Made by a program: the position numbers and the translations under genes. This document shows, one piece after another, positions 1-13,535 of a stretch of 64,000 bases of DNA. Under the pieces are notes generated by a model. It saw only the letters and a program-made list of their open reading frames with translations, was not told the origin of the DNA and made no database searches. Source of the DNA: Octopus sinensis (lineage: Eukaryota); NCBI RefSeq assembly GCF_006345805.1, contig NC_043019.1:16801360-16865359 (forward strand), read 5' to 3'. Numbering within the stretch: position 1 is the first letter of the stretch; every line of letters begins with the position of its first letter.

Positions 1-36
<36 letters not shown>
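1..36. repeat. (AT)n microsatellite; others near 23070-23160, 58258-58305 and 59525-59565, and (AC)n at 19545-19585
   Basis: Directly visible dinucleotide runs. Confidence 0.95.
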
Positions 37-39
<3 letters not shown>

Positions 40-458
40 TGACTGTATTAAAATGTTTTAAATCTTTAAAAACAACATAGAATTATTATTGTTATATGAA
101 CAGAGTTCATTTAAGGCAAACATGTCCAATAAGATGCACCGTGGGACGATAACATGTCCGACGAGTATAATAGTCATTAAAACTTCGAAGTTACAATCAA
201 CAAATTATAATAAGCCCGTAAAACATAAGTAAAGCCTAATTAATATATTACTTCCTAATGAAATATTTATAAAAAAAAGTAGAAATTTACTCGTCGTTGC
301 CTATTGTCGATTATTAGCTACGTCCATCTGCTTCGAGTAGGTATAATGTAAGTGAGAAGAAGATATTCTAGAATGACTACGGACACTCTCTGCCTATCAC
401 GAAGAAGGCAAACATGAGATAAACAAACAGAAAATAGACATTTGGTTTCAGGACTTAC

Positions 459-668
459 AGTGGCTTTCGTTAATGCTACCATCGCTTCCTGACTCGCAAG
501 TGACACGTCTGGATCGAGTTTGATGATTTTACGAATCCTACTAATTGGTAATTTCACCAATTTGTCCGAGGTAACACCGTTCGTCTCCGTCTGGTCGCTG
601 TCGTCTTTCCTTAATTCTTTTTCGCTATTTTCGTTTCCATTTGGATCGTCAGGAGTTTCTCCCGCCAT
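459..668 (-). CDS. POLE4: Histone-fold protein, coding exon 1 (70 codons), most likely DNA polymerase epsilon subunit 4; downstream exons lie left of the window
   Basis: ATG at 668. Translates MAGETPDD...LVKLPISRIRKIIKLDPDVSLASQEAMVALTKAT followed by a GTAAGT donor. The LP.SR...K.DPDV.LASQEA motif is POLE4-like, and the intron falls at the position I recall for human POLE4 (after ARAA). CHRAC1 is the less likely alternative. Confidence 0.75.
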
Positions 669-1610
669 TTTTTTAGAAAGACAATTAAAAAGTGAGAACG
701 GAGACAACGAAACGAAACTCCTCCCTTTTAAATGTTTTATATAAAATTGATGTAAAGAAAATATGAAAGGTACGAAAAGTACAACTTTTCTTCAAAATTA
801 TATTTCTTAGAAATCTTTCTTCAGATTTCTCTGTCGTAAATTAATTACTTAGCTACTTTTTTTAAAGATTTATATTTAGACAAAAAATAAATTGAAACTA
901 TAAATATATAAATACTCAACATATTCACAAAATATTCGGATCATTAATATACTGGCAAGAAATAATTATTCCTTTCATTCATCGAATAAGGGTTTTATTT
1001 GAAGCAATTTATTTTTTTTATATTTTCGTAGTAATTGACTTCAAGGACTTCGAAGGCACCTACGGAATCTGCTAGAAACCACAGCCAAACAGCCTTTGTG
1101 AGCCGCTCTCCGGCTATCTAACTGAGGCTTTATATAGCTATGGTGCGACCTCACCTGGAATTTGCATCACCGGTCTGGAACCCCTATCTTGCCCAGGATA
1201 TTAATCGTCTGGAAGCCATTCAGCGACGTGCAACCAAGAGAATAGCCTCCATCAGGCATTTGCCATATCCTGAACGCCTTACTTCCCTGGGCATGGATAC
1301 ATTGAAACACCGACGTCTGGCAGCTGACTTGGCAGACACCCATAAAATCATTAACCATCTTACAAACAATAACTCTGAGCACCTTTTCAAACTCCACCTG
1401 TCTAACACTCGTGGACATGTTTACAAAGTCAGAAAACAGCACAACTCCCATGACTTTAGGAAACATTTTTTTCACTCCAAGAGTTGCTGAAGCATGGAAC
1501 AAACTGCCGGCATCAGTTGTGAGTTGTCGGAGCACTGCATCCTTCAAAACTTCCATGCTTTCTGAGATTCGCCAACACTACACCTGATCTTTCTCCCCTC
1601 TATACACACG

Positions 1611-2520
1611 TGTAGCGTGGCAATTTCAGCCTTTTTTGGAATATGACCATAGCGATTGTTAATATCTTGACTGTGTGAAGGGCAAGGCAGAAATGATATC
1701 GTTTGAGGTTACAACCATCTTTGGTCAACTTGTTCTTGTTCTAAACACTAACTTGATTGGCTGACAGGTGACACGATTGGTCTCTACGTGTTTCGCGCCA
1801 CTGTTTGACATGTGACACGAGGGTCCCTACGAAGTCCGCGCCACTGATGAACACGTGATGCGAATTGTCTTGACTTATTTCGCGCCACTGTTTGACATGT
1901 GACACGAGGGTCCCTACGAAGTCCGCGCCACTGATGGACACGTGACGCGAATTGTCTCGACTTATTTCGCGCCATAATTGCAAGTCAGCCAATCAAGACT
2001 TTCGGTTAAAATTCCATTTTCTGGAGTTCGGTGAGCCAACCGAACAGTATATAAAGCAGGGTTTCACAGACACTTAGGTCTTGGGTTCCAGTTCTTTTGA
2101 GAACTAACTTAAGCCTCTGCTGCTCAACTTAGAGATATGCGATTGTCTCTGCTACTACCTGTTGCTACGCTAATCTATACAAACACTGAAAGCCTCTCGA
2201 GTAGATTCCAGCATCTTGCCCTATGAACAGTAAACTAAATGCCATTCTTAATTCTATGCACAGTACCTTTGGGTATGCTTCACACCACCCGAACACACAG
2301 ACACAAAACATGCTAACGCTTACGAACTCTTAGAATCCACATGATTGTAAAATATGTAAAATAAATAATATTTATCTACCAACAGAAGACTTGTGTCAAT
2401 TCACTTATGTTCTATTATCGTTTGTATGTATTTTATGGCTTTGGATAATTCGTTAAGAGTAGAACCGCGTGCAATCGTATTTCCTACACGATACGACCAA
2501 GCGTGATCCTATTTCTTACA
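1611..2520 (+). mobile_element. Solo LTR (910 bp) of an LTR retrotransposon, probably Ty3/Gypsy-type
   Basis: Starts TGTAG and ends TTACA (TG...CA). Flanked by a 4-bp target duplication CACG (1607-1610 and 2521-2524). Internal TATATAAA at 2048 and AATAAA at 2360. Confidence 0.8.
1791..1974. repeat. 87-bp tandem repeat (2 copies plus the start of a third) in the U3 region of the solo LTR
   Basis: TTTCGCGCC recurs at 1791, 1878 and 1965. The units are nearly identical (29-aa periodicity in ORF 1741-1992). Confidence 0.95.
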
Positions 2521-3559
2521 CACGCAAGCATGTATCTGACTCATACACTGTTCGCTTTCCAGACATTTGTACATTACTGCATATGCTTTATACGCACTTT
2601 GACAAGTTGTGGTGCACCTGAGCACTGTATACAATAATTTCATTATATTATATTATCCTTCGAAGGACACATTGAAAAATATAGTCCTGGATACACAGTG
2701 TGAAGACATGATGGTCACGACGGCAACAGCTTTGATCATTGGAAAGCTTCATCAGGCTAACTTGCTGGGGGTTAAATATCAACAACTTACCAATTTAAAA
2801 TACCCAAACACTGTGTGGTACCTTAATCAAGCGATTGCTACTATGGCCTTGGGCTAACCAAAATTTCATAAGTGGCTTTGGTTGATGGAAACTGAAAGAA
2901 GCGCATCGTATATGTGTGTTGGAGGAGAATTGTTTTGTGTTTCTGTCATCTTGACATCGTTCTATAGTTGTAAACAAGCAGTGTTCCTAAAGTTTTGTGA
3001 AAATCATGCCCAGCCCTGAGGCTCGATAAGATATAATACCTTGCTTGCAAATAGGCAAGAGTTGCCAACAGGAAAGGCATCCAGCCACAGAAAATCCATC
3101 TCAAGAAATTCCTTGTGCGACTCAGGCAAACGTAAAAAATTGGACTTTAAAATGATGCTAATGATAATGAAGAAAAAAATAACGAACGTCTAACTGCATC
3201 AGGGCAGACTTTCTCAGTACTTTACATTAATAAACCTGAATTCTCATTATTTACATTTGACGGATATTGGTCCTCATCATGTTTGTTGTTAACACAACAT
3301 TTCAGCTGATTTATCATCCAGCCTTCATCAGGTTAACGACAAACAGGATGAGGACAAATATCCGTCAAATGTAAATAATGTACATAATTCCTCATCTCTT
3401 AAATATAGAACTGTATTATCTGAATCCTCGTGTCTTATTTTGGTAAGTCTTTTGTATGAGGCACAGACATAAGAATGGATATAGAGATGTTCTTTCAAAA
3501 TTTAATGATGATCTCATTAAGATATGATACAAGAATTAATTAAGCCACTGACCATGCCA

Positions 3560-4780
3560 TATAAAGCTCTTTATCTCTATCTGCTCAGTCGAAGTCGACT
3601 CTCGGTCACTCGTTGGATCAGTGTCCTCCAGTCAGTTCTATTCTGGGCCGCTTCCTTCAGATTGGCCATGTCCATTCCGGTATCACTCCTGATGGTGTCA
3701 AGCCAGCGGGTTCTTGGTCGGCCTCTTCCTCTCTTGCCACTGACCATTCCGAGCATGATGTCCTTCTCCAGGGATCTTCTCCGCATAATATGACCGAAAT
3801 ATGCCAATCTACGCTTGGTGATCCCAGCTTCTAGCGACATTTTCGGCCTTATCTGCTTAAGAACTTCTCCATTGGTGAGCCTCGCTGTCCATGGAATCCG
3901 TAAAAGTCTTCTCCAACACCAAAGCTCAAATGCATTAATTCTCTTCTGGTCAGCTTTCTTTAGTGTCCAGGTCTCGCATCCATATGTTGCTATTGGAAAG
4001 ACAATTGCATTCACCAATCTGCATTCGGTAGCGAGTCTGATGTCTCTACTCTTCCAGACCCTGCTCATGCTGACCATTGCCTCTCTGCCTAGTATTGTCT
4101 GCTGTCTTATTTCTGGAGTGCAGTCACCATCTCGATTTATTTTGGAGCCAAGGAAGATGAAATCATCAACCACTTCGATATCTTCATTATCGATCTGGAT
4201 GCTGATGCTTGTTGTGGCTGATGTTGACATGATCTTCATTTTCTTAACATCGAGGTACAGCCCAAATTTTTCACTCTCTTTCTTGACCAGCAGGACAAGA
4301 TCCTCCAGATCCTTACCATTCTCCGCCAGCAGGGTTGTATCATCTGCATAGCGAAGGTTATTAATATTTCTTCCTCCAATCCTCACTCCAATGCTGCTAT
4401 CCTCCAGGCCTGCATTCCTCATGACCTTTTCAGCGTACATGTTGAAGGCAGCTGGTGACAGGATGCAACCTTGCCGAGTGCCTTTTCCAATCTCAGTGTC
4501 GCCATATGGTGTCCATACTATAGCCTCTTGGTTTTGATAGAGTGATCTAATAAGCTGGACAAGGTGTGAAGGTGTTCCCATTTCCTCCAGACATTTCCAT
4601 AACTTGTCATGATCAATGCTGTCAAAGGCTTTTGGAGTAATCGATGAAACACATGTACAGCTTCTTTTGGTATTCTCTTGCCTTTTCCATAATTCACCGT
4701 ATTAAAGCACCGATGGCTAAAATGGACTGACCAGTGGATTGAGCGTGCATCTCTTATGCCAAGAAACAAAACAGATGTGA
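3560..4780 (-). mobile_element. 5'-truncated RTE-clade LINE (C-terminal reverse transcriptase region)
   Basis: 334-aa ORF 3577-4581 contains QGCILSP, LRYADD and FIFLGSKI, and ends RRLAYFGHIMRR...GRPRTRWLD...W, typical of RTE-1/BovB-like ORF2. Confidence 0.92.
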
Positions 4781-7700
4781 AAGACTTTCAAATTTTGGAA
4801 CAAGGCCAGCAACGTCGGTGAAGGGGGTGGGCTAAGTCAATTACCTTGACCTCAGTGTTCGAAGTCAAGGATAAAAGGCAAATTCGACCTCGACAGAATT
4901 CAAACTCAGAACAGAAGGATGGATGAAATGCTGCAAAGCATTTGGCCCCGTGTGCTAAGGGTTCTGCCAGCTCACCACTTTCGCCTGGTCTGATATTGAG
5001 CTGAGAACCGGTTTAAGACTCTCCAACACTGCATCGCCAGGATGTAGACTGTTGCCTTCTTTATAAGGAACAATGCTGGGGTATATTGACTGAGGAATTC
5101 CTCTGCGATGGAATTGTATCATAGAATAAATGAAGGTTAAGTATGGTAATCAGTGTCTTTTAGAAGTTTAGGATACAACCCATTCATGTCCTTGTGGCTA
5201 CCAAAACCAGAGTTCTACAATTTGGTTTAAGGCTTTTTCTCAGACTACATCATACATAGAAAGTTCCTGTAGTTTTTGTCAAATCCCATTTATAAAATTG
5301 AAAATGCACTGTGTGTGTTTGTCCCCAACCAACACTTGATAACAAATGTTGGTATGTTTACATCCCCATAACTTAATCATTTGGTAAAAAAAAAGGTTAA
5401 TAGAAAAAATACCAAGTTTAGGGAAAAAACTAAGTATTGGAATCGATTCATTTGACTAAAATGACATTGCCCCAGTCTAATGACTGAAACAAGGTAAAAT
5501 AGACAGACAGATAGAATTGGCCCCCACAGACAATGAAGGCAATCAAGAATTTACCAGATGAAAAAAAAAAGACATGTTCTGCATCTTTTGATAGAATTTT
5601 GAGGTGGAATTAGACAAGATCTGTAAAACTTTACCAATGTCCTTTGCTTCCTCTGCAAAATATTACATTTTGAGATTCTTCCCTACAGATATCAACTTAT
5701 AGATGTTCAAACTAAACAGCAACCACATTAATCTCAACAGTCTTGCAAGACATAAAGAAGTGACAGTAATTTCCTTTTTGTCTTGATTAAAGCCATTAAA
5801 AAAAGAAATGACGATTTAGAACTTTACCAAACTTACTTCATGATTGGACATTTTGTCTTCCACATTTCATTTCATGTTAAGCAACAGAAACAGGTGTTTA
5901 CGATACTTGCAGTCACTGAGATTGTCAAAGAATCAACCAAGTCTGGGAATTTGACCTTCATCTCAAGAAACTCGGATATCTGTGAAATATGGAGAAGCAT
6001 TGATACAGTCTGGTAGCAGCAGTTTACATTCAAGGAAAGGAGTAGATTTGAATTGAGTGGGTTGTTAGACACCTTGCTTAATAAATAGGAATATAGCCAT
6101 TACAGGTGTGGCTGTGCAGTTTAGAAGTTTGCTTGGGTTCAGTCCTGCAGGTCAGCACTCTGGGCAAGTGTCTTCTACAATAGCCCTAGGCTGACCAAAG
6201 CCCTGAGCGGATCTGATAGACAGAAACTTAAAGGAGCTTGTCATATACATGTAGGCTTGGTGATGCAAAGAAAAGTAAAACTCAAAATAAGAGTATTTTT
6301 TTTTTTATTAATACCAAACTGGATAAGTGCTAATGCATGAAATGCTCGGCCCTTGAGGCCCTCCATGCACGTGTGTATCCTCATTTTGACATTCTGGTTG
6401 TAAATGAGCATCACTGTCATATAAGTGGTGTTCTTTGGAGAAACCTGTTTGGCCATGAAGAAACATTACCTTGCTTGGAAACAGATAAGGGTTGGGTGAC
6501 AGGAGGGGCATCTGGCTGTAGAAAAGTTTCGTCTGATCATGCAAGCAGGCAAAATGAACTAATGTATAGAATGTGTGAAGGAATTAACATAAAACATGAA
6601 AAAGTACCTAACTATTGCGAAATAACTACGAACTATTTCCTGTGATCAAGAGTTGTCTTTCTTTACTAATCCCTATTTCCATCTTGGAAACCACTTCGTT
6701 CGAGTATTCTAGATTAGAGCTGCAGTTTCTTGCGAAGATTTGGAAGAGGAATATTTCGTTTTCGTTCTGGAAATCATTGCTCATACTCCTGCTGCCGGAT
6801 ATTATTTATACTCTTTGAAATTAGAACACTCTGTTCAAAGTCCATCCAGCATTCCGTCTGGTGTATCTTTTTCGTTGAACAGATTCAGCCCCAGCACTTA
6901 TTCTGTCAGTCTCTTTTGCTGAATTGCTAAGTTATAGAGATGTAAGCAAACCAATAGTAGTCAAGCGGTTAGGAAACAAACGTATATATACTGGGCTTCT
7001 ACACAGTTTCCATCTGCGAAATCGACTCAGAAGGCATTATTTGGCCTGAGGCTACAGCAAAAGACACCTGGTGAAGGTGTTGCACAGTAGGATGGAACGG
7101 CAAACCACACGGTGGTGAAGCAAGCTTCTTAACCCCACAGACACCATAGCAGCAAGTGTTTAGGGAAACCATTTACAGTAATGAAGTTCATGTTGATATT
7201 TTGATTTCAATAAGGAATAACTAAATGAGGACAACTTTAGGCTCTTTTGCTATTCTACAATGAGTCAGGTCGGTACTAACGCAGCTAATCCAGGTTTTCT
7301 TGACACCTTGACGCATTCAACAGCCAAAACCATCTTGTTTTGACATTATTTCCAAGGTTCCACAAGTTTTCCTTTCTTTGCAAAAACCTAACTCTTGTTT
7401 TCCTGTTCCTTCAACAGAGAGACTGCTAATCTCCTCCAATTTATTTGCCTCATTCAAGAAATAGAATCTCATTCTTTGATTTATAAATTCAACAAATTCA
7501 ATGTCTTAGAACACTACTGATCCATAGTGTGTTTGTGATTTCATTTCTCTTTTATAAATAGGATTTAAAGTGAGATACATAAATAGAACACTACAGGATC
7601 TCTACATTATCCAATGAATACAATTTCCTATTTCATAATTCTGAGCAGAGAATAAAGCACCAAGAGTCCATGAAAATAATCTTTGATAAAGGAAAAAATA

Positions 7701-8225
7701 AAGTTAAGGCTATAATGAAACGTTTAGGGAGTTTTCTTTGAAGCCTTAACAAAACTGAAGTTCTTTCATTATTTACCATAGCAAATTTCAAGTCAGAGAT
7801 TTTGATTTTCTATACTTTGTAACTTACCTTAAACTAAGCCATTACAAATTATATCTTGTACAAACATGAATTTACTTCACTTGGAAATGGTCTTTTCTTG
7901 TTTCATGGTAATTTCTTGTAGCTTTTAATAGTTGTATGTATTTTTACTTAAATTCGTATTTTCTCAAAATAATTATACTAAATATGAAAAAAAAATGCTC
8001 GAAAACTGATATTGTTCTATCAAACTGGAATGGTGCCGGTGAATTGCAAATAAAAATCACAGCTGATCCAAACAAAATAATGAAATACACCGACTGGATA
8101 TTATTGAAAGGCATCTCTGCCAAAATTCTTTTAGTTTATGAATTAGAAAAATTGTATTTCAAATATGTCCTAGTTTAATAACTGACTCATGATAAAATAA
8201 AACAAAAACCAAATAGTTTTAATTC

Positions 8226-8231
8226 TTTATT
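8226..8231 (-). promoter_or_regulatory. Candidate polyadenylation signal of METAP2
   Basis: AATAAA on the minus strand about 105 nt downstream of the stop codon. The hexamer is common in AT-rich DNA. Confidence 0.35.
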
Positions 8232-8334
8232 TTTCTTCTTTTTAGTAAATTCACTATTCAGGTATCTGATTGAAAGAGCTGATAGATTGCATAACATCCC
8301 AGTCTAACAGTTGTTGAGAAACAAGATCAATTTT

Positions 8335-8604
<270 letters not shown>

Positions 8605-9109
8605 TCAGTTGCATTTTCAAATAATACGAGGTGACATGGAATATAACAAGGAGATAAGAGATGCAAGACAGGACAACTGGGTGTTCCTAAGGGACCACCT
8701 GTTGCAAGTCATTTTGCTCAGAAACTCTAGAGATGGAACCCTGACCCAAACCAGGTAGTGGGAGAGTATAGAGGACAAGACTATAAGAGCCAAGTGAGAG
8801 GCATGGGAGAAAAAGCAAAACAAGAAGTCAAATGTGTCTGATAAGGAAAGAAAACCATTTACTGAGCTGCAAGGATAACAGGAACATTTATTCAGATCTA
8901 CATACAATACAATGTACTTAGAGAAATTAGGGTGTCTACAAGAAGTGTATAGAAAACAATTCAGGCACACTTTAGCCTCAGTCACATTTGTTCATTTCAA
9001 TCAACAGAACATTATTAACTGAGGTTAGCCTTAGTAAAATTATTATTATTATTAAAGAGATGGCAGCAAGTACGTTAGGCTGAAAGTACGTTAAGGCTGA
9101 AAGATAAGT

Positions 9110-9600
9110 TTTTAGTTAGAATGAGAACCACTTTATTTTGTATTTTAGATCTGAAAAGGTCCTTTGATATGATCCCTCATTTTGGAATCTGGTGACCCTT
9201 GCCCAACATAGATATAGACAAATGACTTGTGAGAATGGTTGCCAACAAGATCAGTAATGAAATTGGAGAGGATTTTAGGGTCCAGTTAGGTTTCTACCAG
9301 GACTGCCCTTAGCCTTTTTAGTTGTTATAACTTTTAAGAGGATATAAGTAGTAGTTTACTAAACATTTATGTATAGAAAAGCCTAAATCTTACTGCAAAA
9401 TCTTGGCAATCTAATTAGCACTGCGAGTGGATGAACTAAAAACATAATTACTAGAGTTGAGAAGGAGCAGAAAAAGTTTGAGGGGGAGTTGTATGTGTTG
9501 AGAAAGAAAATGTTTCTTACTTTAAGAAAGCAAAGAAGAAGAGTGGCTAGAGCCGATATGAAAGCAAAGATGAAGAATGCTTGTATCGCAGACATTGCTC
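9110..9600 (+). mobile_element. Highly decayed RTE-type LINE fragment in METAP2 intron 11
   Basis: Degenerate RT motif LYFVFLDLKRSFDMIP...IW with stop codons. Boundaries are approximate. Confidence 0.5.
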
Positions 9601-9641
9601 AGCAACACTTTTAAGGGAACGTGGAGATGTGAATAATCTTA

Positions 9642-9758
<117 letters not shown>

Positions 9759-10284
9759 CTACATTAAAAGAAAAAAAAAAAAATTTTCATTCAAATTTCT
9801 CAAAATCTGTAACAGATAAAATATTCAACATTTAACCCCAGTTACCAATTTGCATGTATGTCTTGCTTAACCCTTCTGTTATATTTCTAATAAAAATTAC
9901 ACACTTTACATATTCCAATTAAATTTTTTAAAGTTTTGAGTCAATAATTCAATTCAAATAAGAACAAGTAACTCCAGGTGATCTTAACTGTTTGGCATTC
10001 TGATTCCTCTCTCAAATGTTCTGCTTATTTATTCACATTGTTTTGAATTAATCATGCAGTATTTCATAGCTTCGAGATTTCAATGATGGGATCGTTTATT
10101 TTTACAACGACATTGTAGGTTAGGTGTGACAGGCTGGATCCAGCCAGTTTGAACACAAAACAGATTAAACGTTTCAGCCGGATATGGCTGGATTAAATGC
10201 TAAAGGATTAAGGCAGTTGGTGATGAAATGGTTCAAGTATCTTCAAAAGAAATCTAAATAAAATTCGCTTCCAGTGAAATCTTA

Positions 10285-10557
<273 letters not shown>

Positions 10558-11350
10558 TTATGAAATTCCATTTACTTTCATTGGTCAATCTCCACTACTC
10601 GTTTTTGACCAACACATTTAATGCATTCAACAATTTAGAGTTCTGACACAAGAAAACGAATGAGGAAGGCATCCAATGCAGGTCTAGTAATGGAGAAAAA
10701 GAAAGCAAGGTGATCCCATTGAAGGCCAGTGCCATTGGATGAGAGTATGCTGTAATAATTTAAAGGAGATTTGGCTTTTATTTCTAGTAGGCCAGGCAAC
10801 CACAAATACGGTTTTAACTTGTCAGTTTGGTATATACATTCCCTTTTACATACGTCAATAAATGTGCAACACAAACTCATGGGGGAGGGGGTCACTGCTC
10901 AGTTCCTTTGTATTATTTGGCAATCACTGCTAGATTATTTAATCATAACAACATGGAACACAAATACGGGAAAAAGAGGGAAATATCTGAAATGAGAGGA
11001 TTTTAAATCTGCAGTTCCTTGGGTAGGTGCCTACTACTATAGCCCTGGGCCAACCAATACCTCATGAAGGAATTTAGTTGACAGAAACTGTGCGGAAGCC
11101 TATTATGTGTGTATGTGTGTGTTCATCCCTCACCACCACTGACAACTAATGTTGGTTTGTTTACGAGTGGTTTGGCAAAAGAGGCAGATGGTATAAGTAC
11201 AAGACTTTAATAAATTAAGTGCTGGGGTTGATTTGGTACATTAAACTATTGAAGGCAGTGCCCCAGCATGGCCACATGCCAATAACTGAAACAAAAGATA
11301 TTATCTTACCATATTTGGTAAGCAGCTAATTACAACAATAAAATCAATCA

Positions 11351-11494
<144 letters not shown>

Positions 11495-12076
11495 TTAACA
11501 TTACTGAAAATAGTCTCGGCTGAACTACTTTAAAATACCGCAATAACGAACACTAAAGATCAAAACTAAAATACACTGATTAATTAAGAAAAAATTTTTA
11601 ATCTGAAATATCTACTCAAAATAATTTCGTTTTGGAATTTGGTTTGCAAAATTCTTTATGTGAGTTTGTGTGTTGAAGCATATTCTGTTGTGTCTGATGA
11701 GAGCCATTCTCTTTTGGTACCTTATAATTTAACACACTCACCGGTAAAATTTCCACTTATTTATTTTTTATTTTTCTAAAATTTTCATTGCATCTTGTAA
11801 CCTTTTCAATAGTTTTGACTGTTGAAAAGGTTGCAAGATGCAATGAAAATTTTAAAAAATAAAACAAAGAAAGAAGTGGAAATTTTACTGGTGAGTGTGT
11901 TACATTATAAGGCACCAAAAGAGAATGGCTCTCCCCAGACACAACAGAATACTCATAATAAACTTTACTCCTTATTAGAAAGTAAAAGACAAATATTCTT
12001 TAAAACTGAATATTATTTAAACTGGTAGCTTTAAGACAATACTCTCACAAAAGCTCAAAGGTACATAAAAGTTTTA

Positions 12077-12190
<114 letters not shown>

Positions 12191-13298
12191 TTAAAGCAGA
12201 CAGGAAATTTAGTATTAAAAATAACAAAACAATATCACTTGATCCCCCCTCCCACTTATTTTAATAATGCTCTCTTAGTAAGTATGCGCATGGCGATACA
12301 TTTTGAGGTATAGCAAGTAGCCCCTTTAACAAACCTCTTCCTGTGTAGCCTGAATAAGACAAACAAGCTATATAAAAGCAAGCATGGAAAAGTGGATGTT
12401 AATATGATAATGATGATGATGATGATATATGTGTGAAGGCCATAGTTACACATTTAGTGTCAGGAAAAATGCACCAAAGTGATTGGTATTAGGAAAGGCA
12501 TCTAGTCATAGAAACTAAACCCAAAACAAGAGCAGGATCAGGTCCTGCAACCTGTTCTGATGAGAAGTAGCTCTAATGCTGACTCCAACCATGACAACCC
12601 ATAACAGACTGTAAAGCGGAGATGATGATGATGATATATAAACAGGGGCAGGGATGGGTGAGTGGTTAAGAAGTTCACTTCCTAAACATGTGGTTTTGGG
12701 TTCAGTCCCACTGCACATCATTATCCAATTTCCAAAAACGGGCCCATTTAGATATGTTCTGACCATTCATACATCTGCACAGGCGGCTGCTTCTCATGCT
12801 GTTTTGGACTCCCTAAGTCCACAGTGAGGGTGTAAGGACATGAAAAACAAGTACAATACAACATTAGAAAGCTGGGGGAGGGGCAGTAAAATACAATTGT
12901 TAAGAGCATAACATGAGGAGGTTCGTTAAGGCAGCAATGTCATTTTCTTCACCAGAGCAGAATTGATACTGGTGCCACATAAAAAGCACTTGGTACTCTC
13001 TGTGGAGTGGTGGGCATTAGAAAGGGCACCCAGCTAAAGAAACCATGTCAGAACAGAGAATGGTTTGATGCAGCCCTTGGCCTTATCAACTATGGTCAAA
13101 CTATCCAACCCACGCCAGCATGGAAAACAGGTATTAAATGATGATGAAATTTATATTTTTTTAACTAACAAATCCTTATCCAACAACAAGAAAACCAAAA
13201 GCAAGCAGACCTCACTAGGGTAAATAGTAAAAAAAAAAAGAAAAAATACAAAAACAGTGGATGTTTAAGTGAGATTTTTTTTTAAATTCACTATTTTA

Positions 13299-13535
<237 letters not shown>

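Larger units (their letters stand above)
1043..2655 (+). mobile_element. 5'-truncated CR1/L2-clade LINE 3' end, frameshifted and interrupted by a solo LTR at 1611-2520
   Basis: ORF 1140-1490 reads VRPHLEFASPVWNPYL..DINRLEAIQRRATK. After a poly-T frameshift it continues FFTPRVAEAWNKLP...IRQHYT*. Both are typical C-terminal CR1 ORF2 motifs. The 3' UTR resumes at 2521 and ends in an (ATT)-like tail. Confidence 0.85.

Noticed and set aside
318-707. The full 129-aa ORF as the protein
   Set aside because: Homology ends at a GTAAGT donor (458), and the upstream in-frame ATG (707) precedes a better-context AAAATGG start at 668.
1791-1974. 87-bp repeats, and the 63-bp repeats at 43081-43320, as possible CRISPR arrays
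   Set aside because: They are head-to-tail tandem units with no unique spacers, in a eukaryotic context with no cas genes.
3524-4351. Plus-strand ORFs of 73-178 aa
   Set aside because: They are antisense shadows of the RTE reverse-transcriptase frame.
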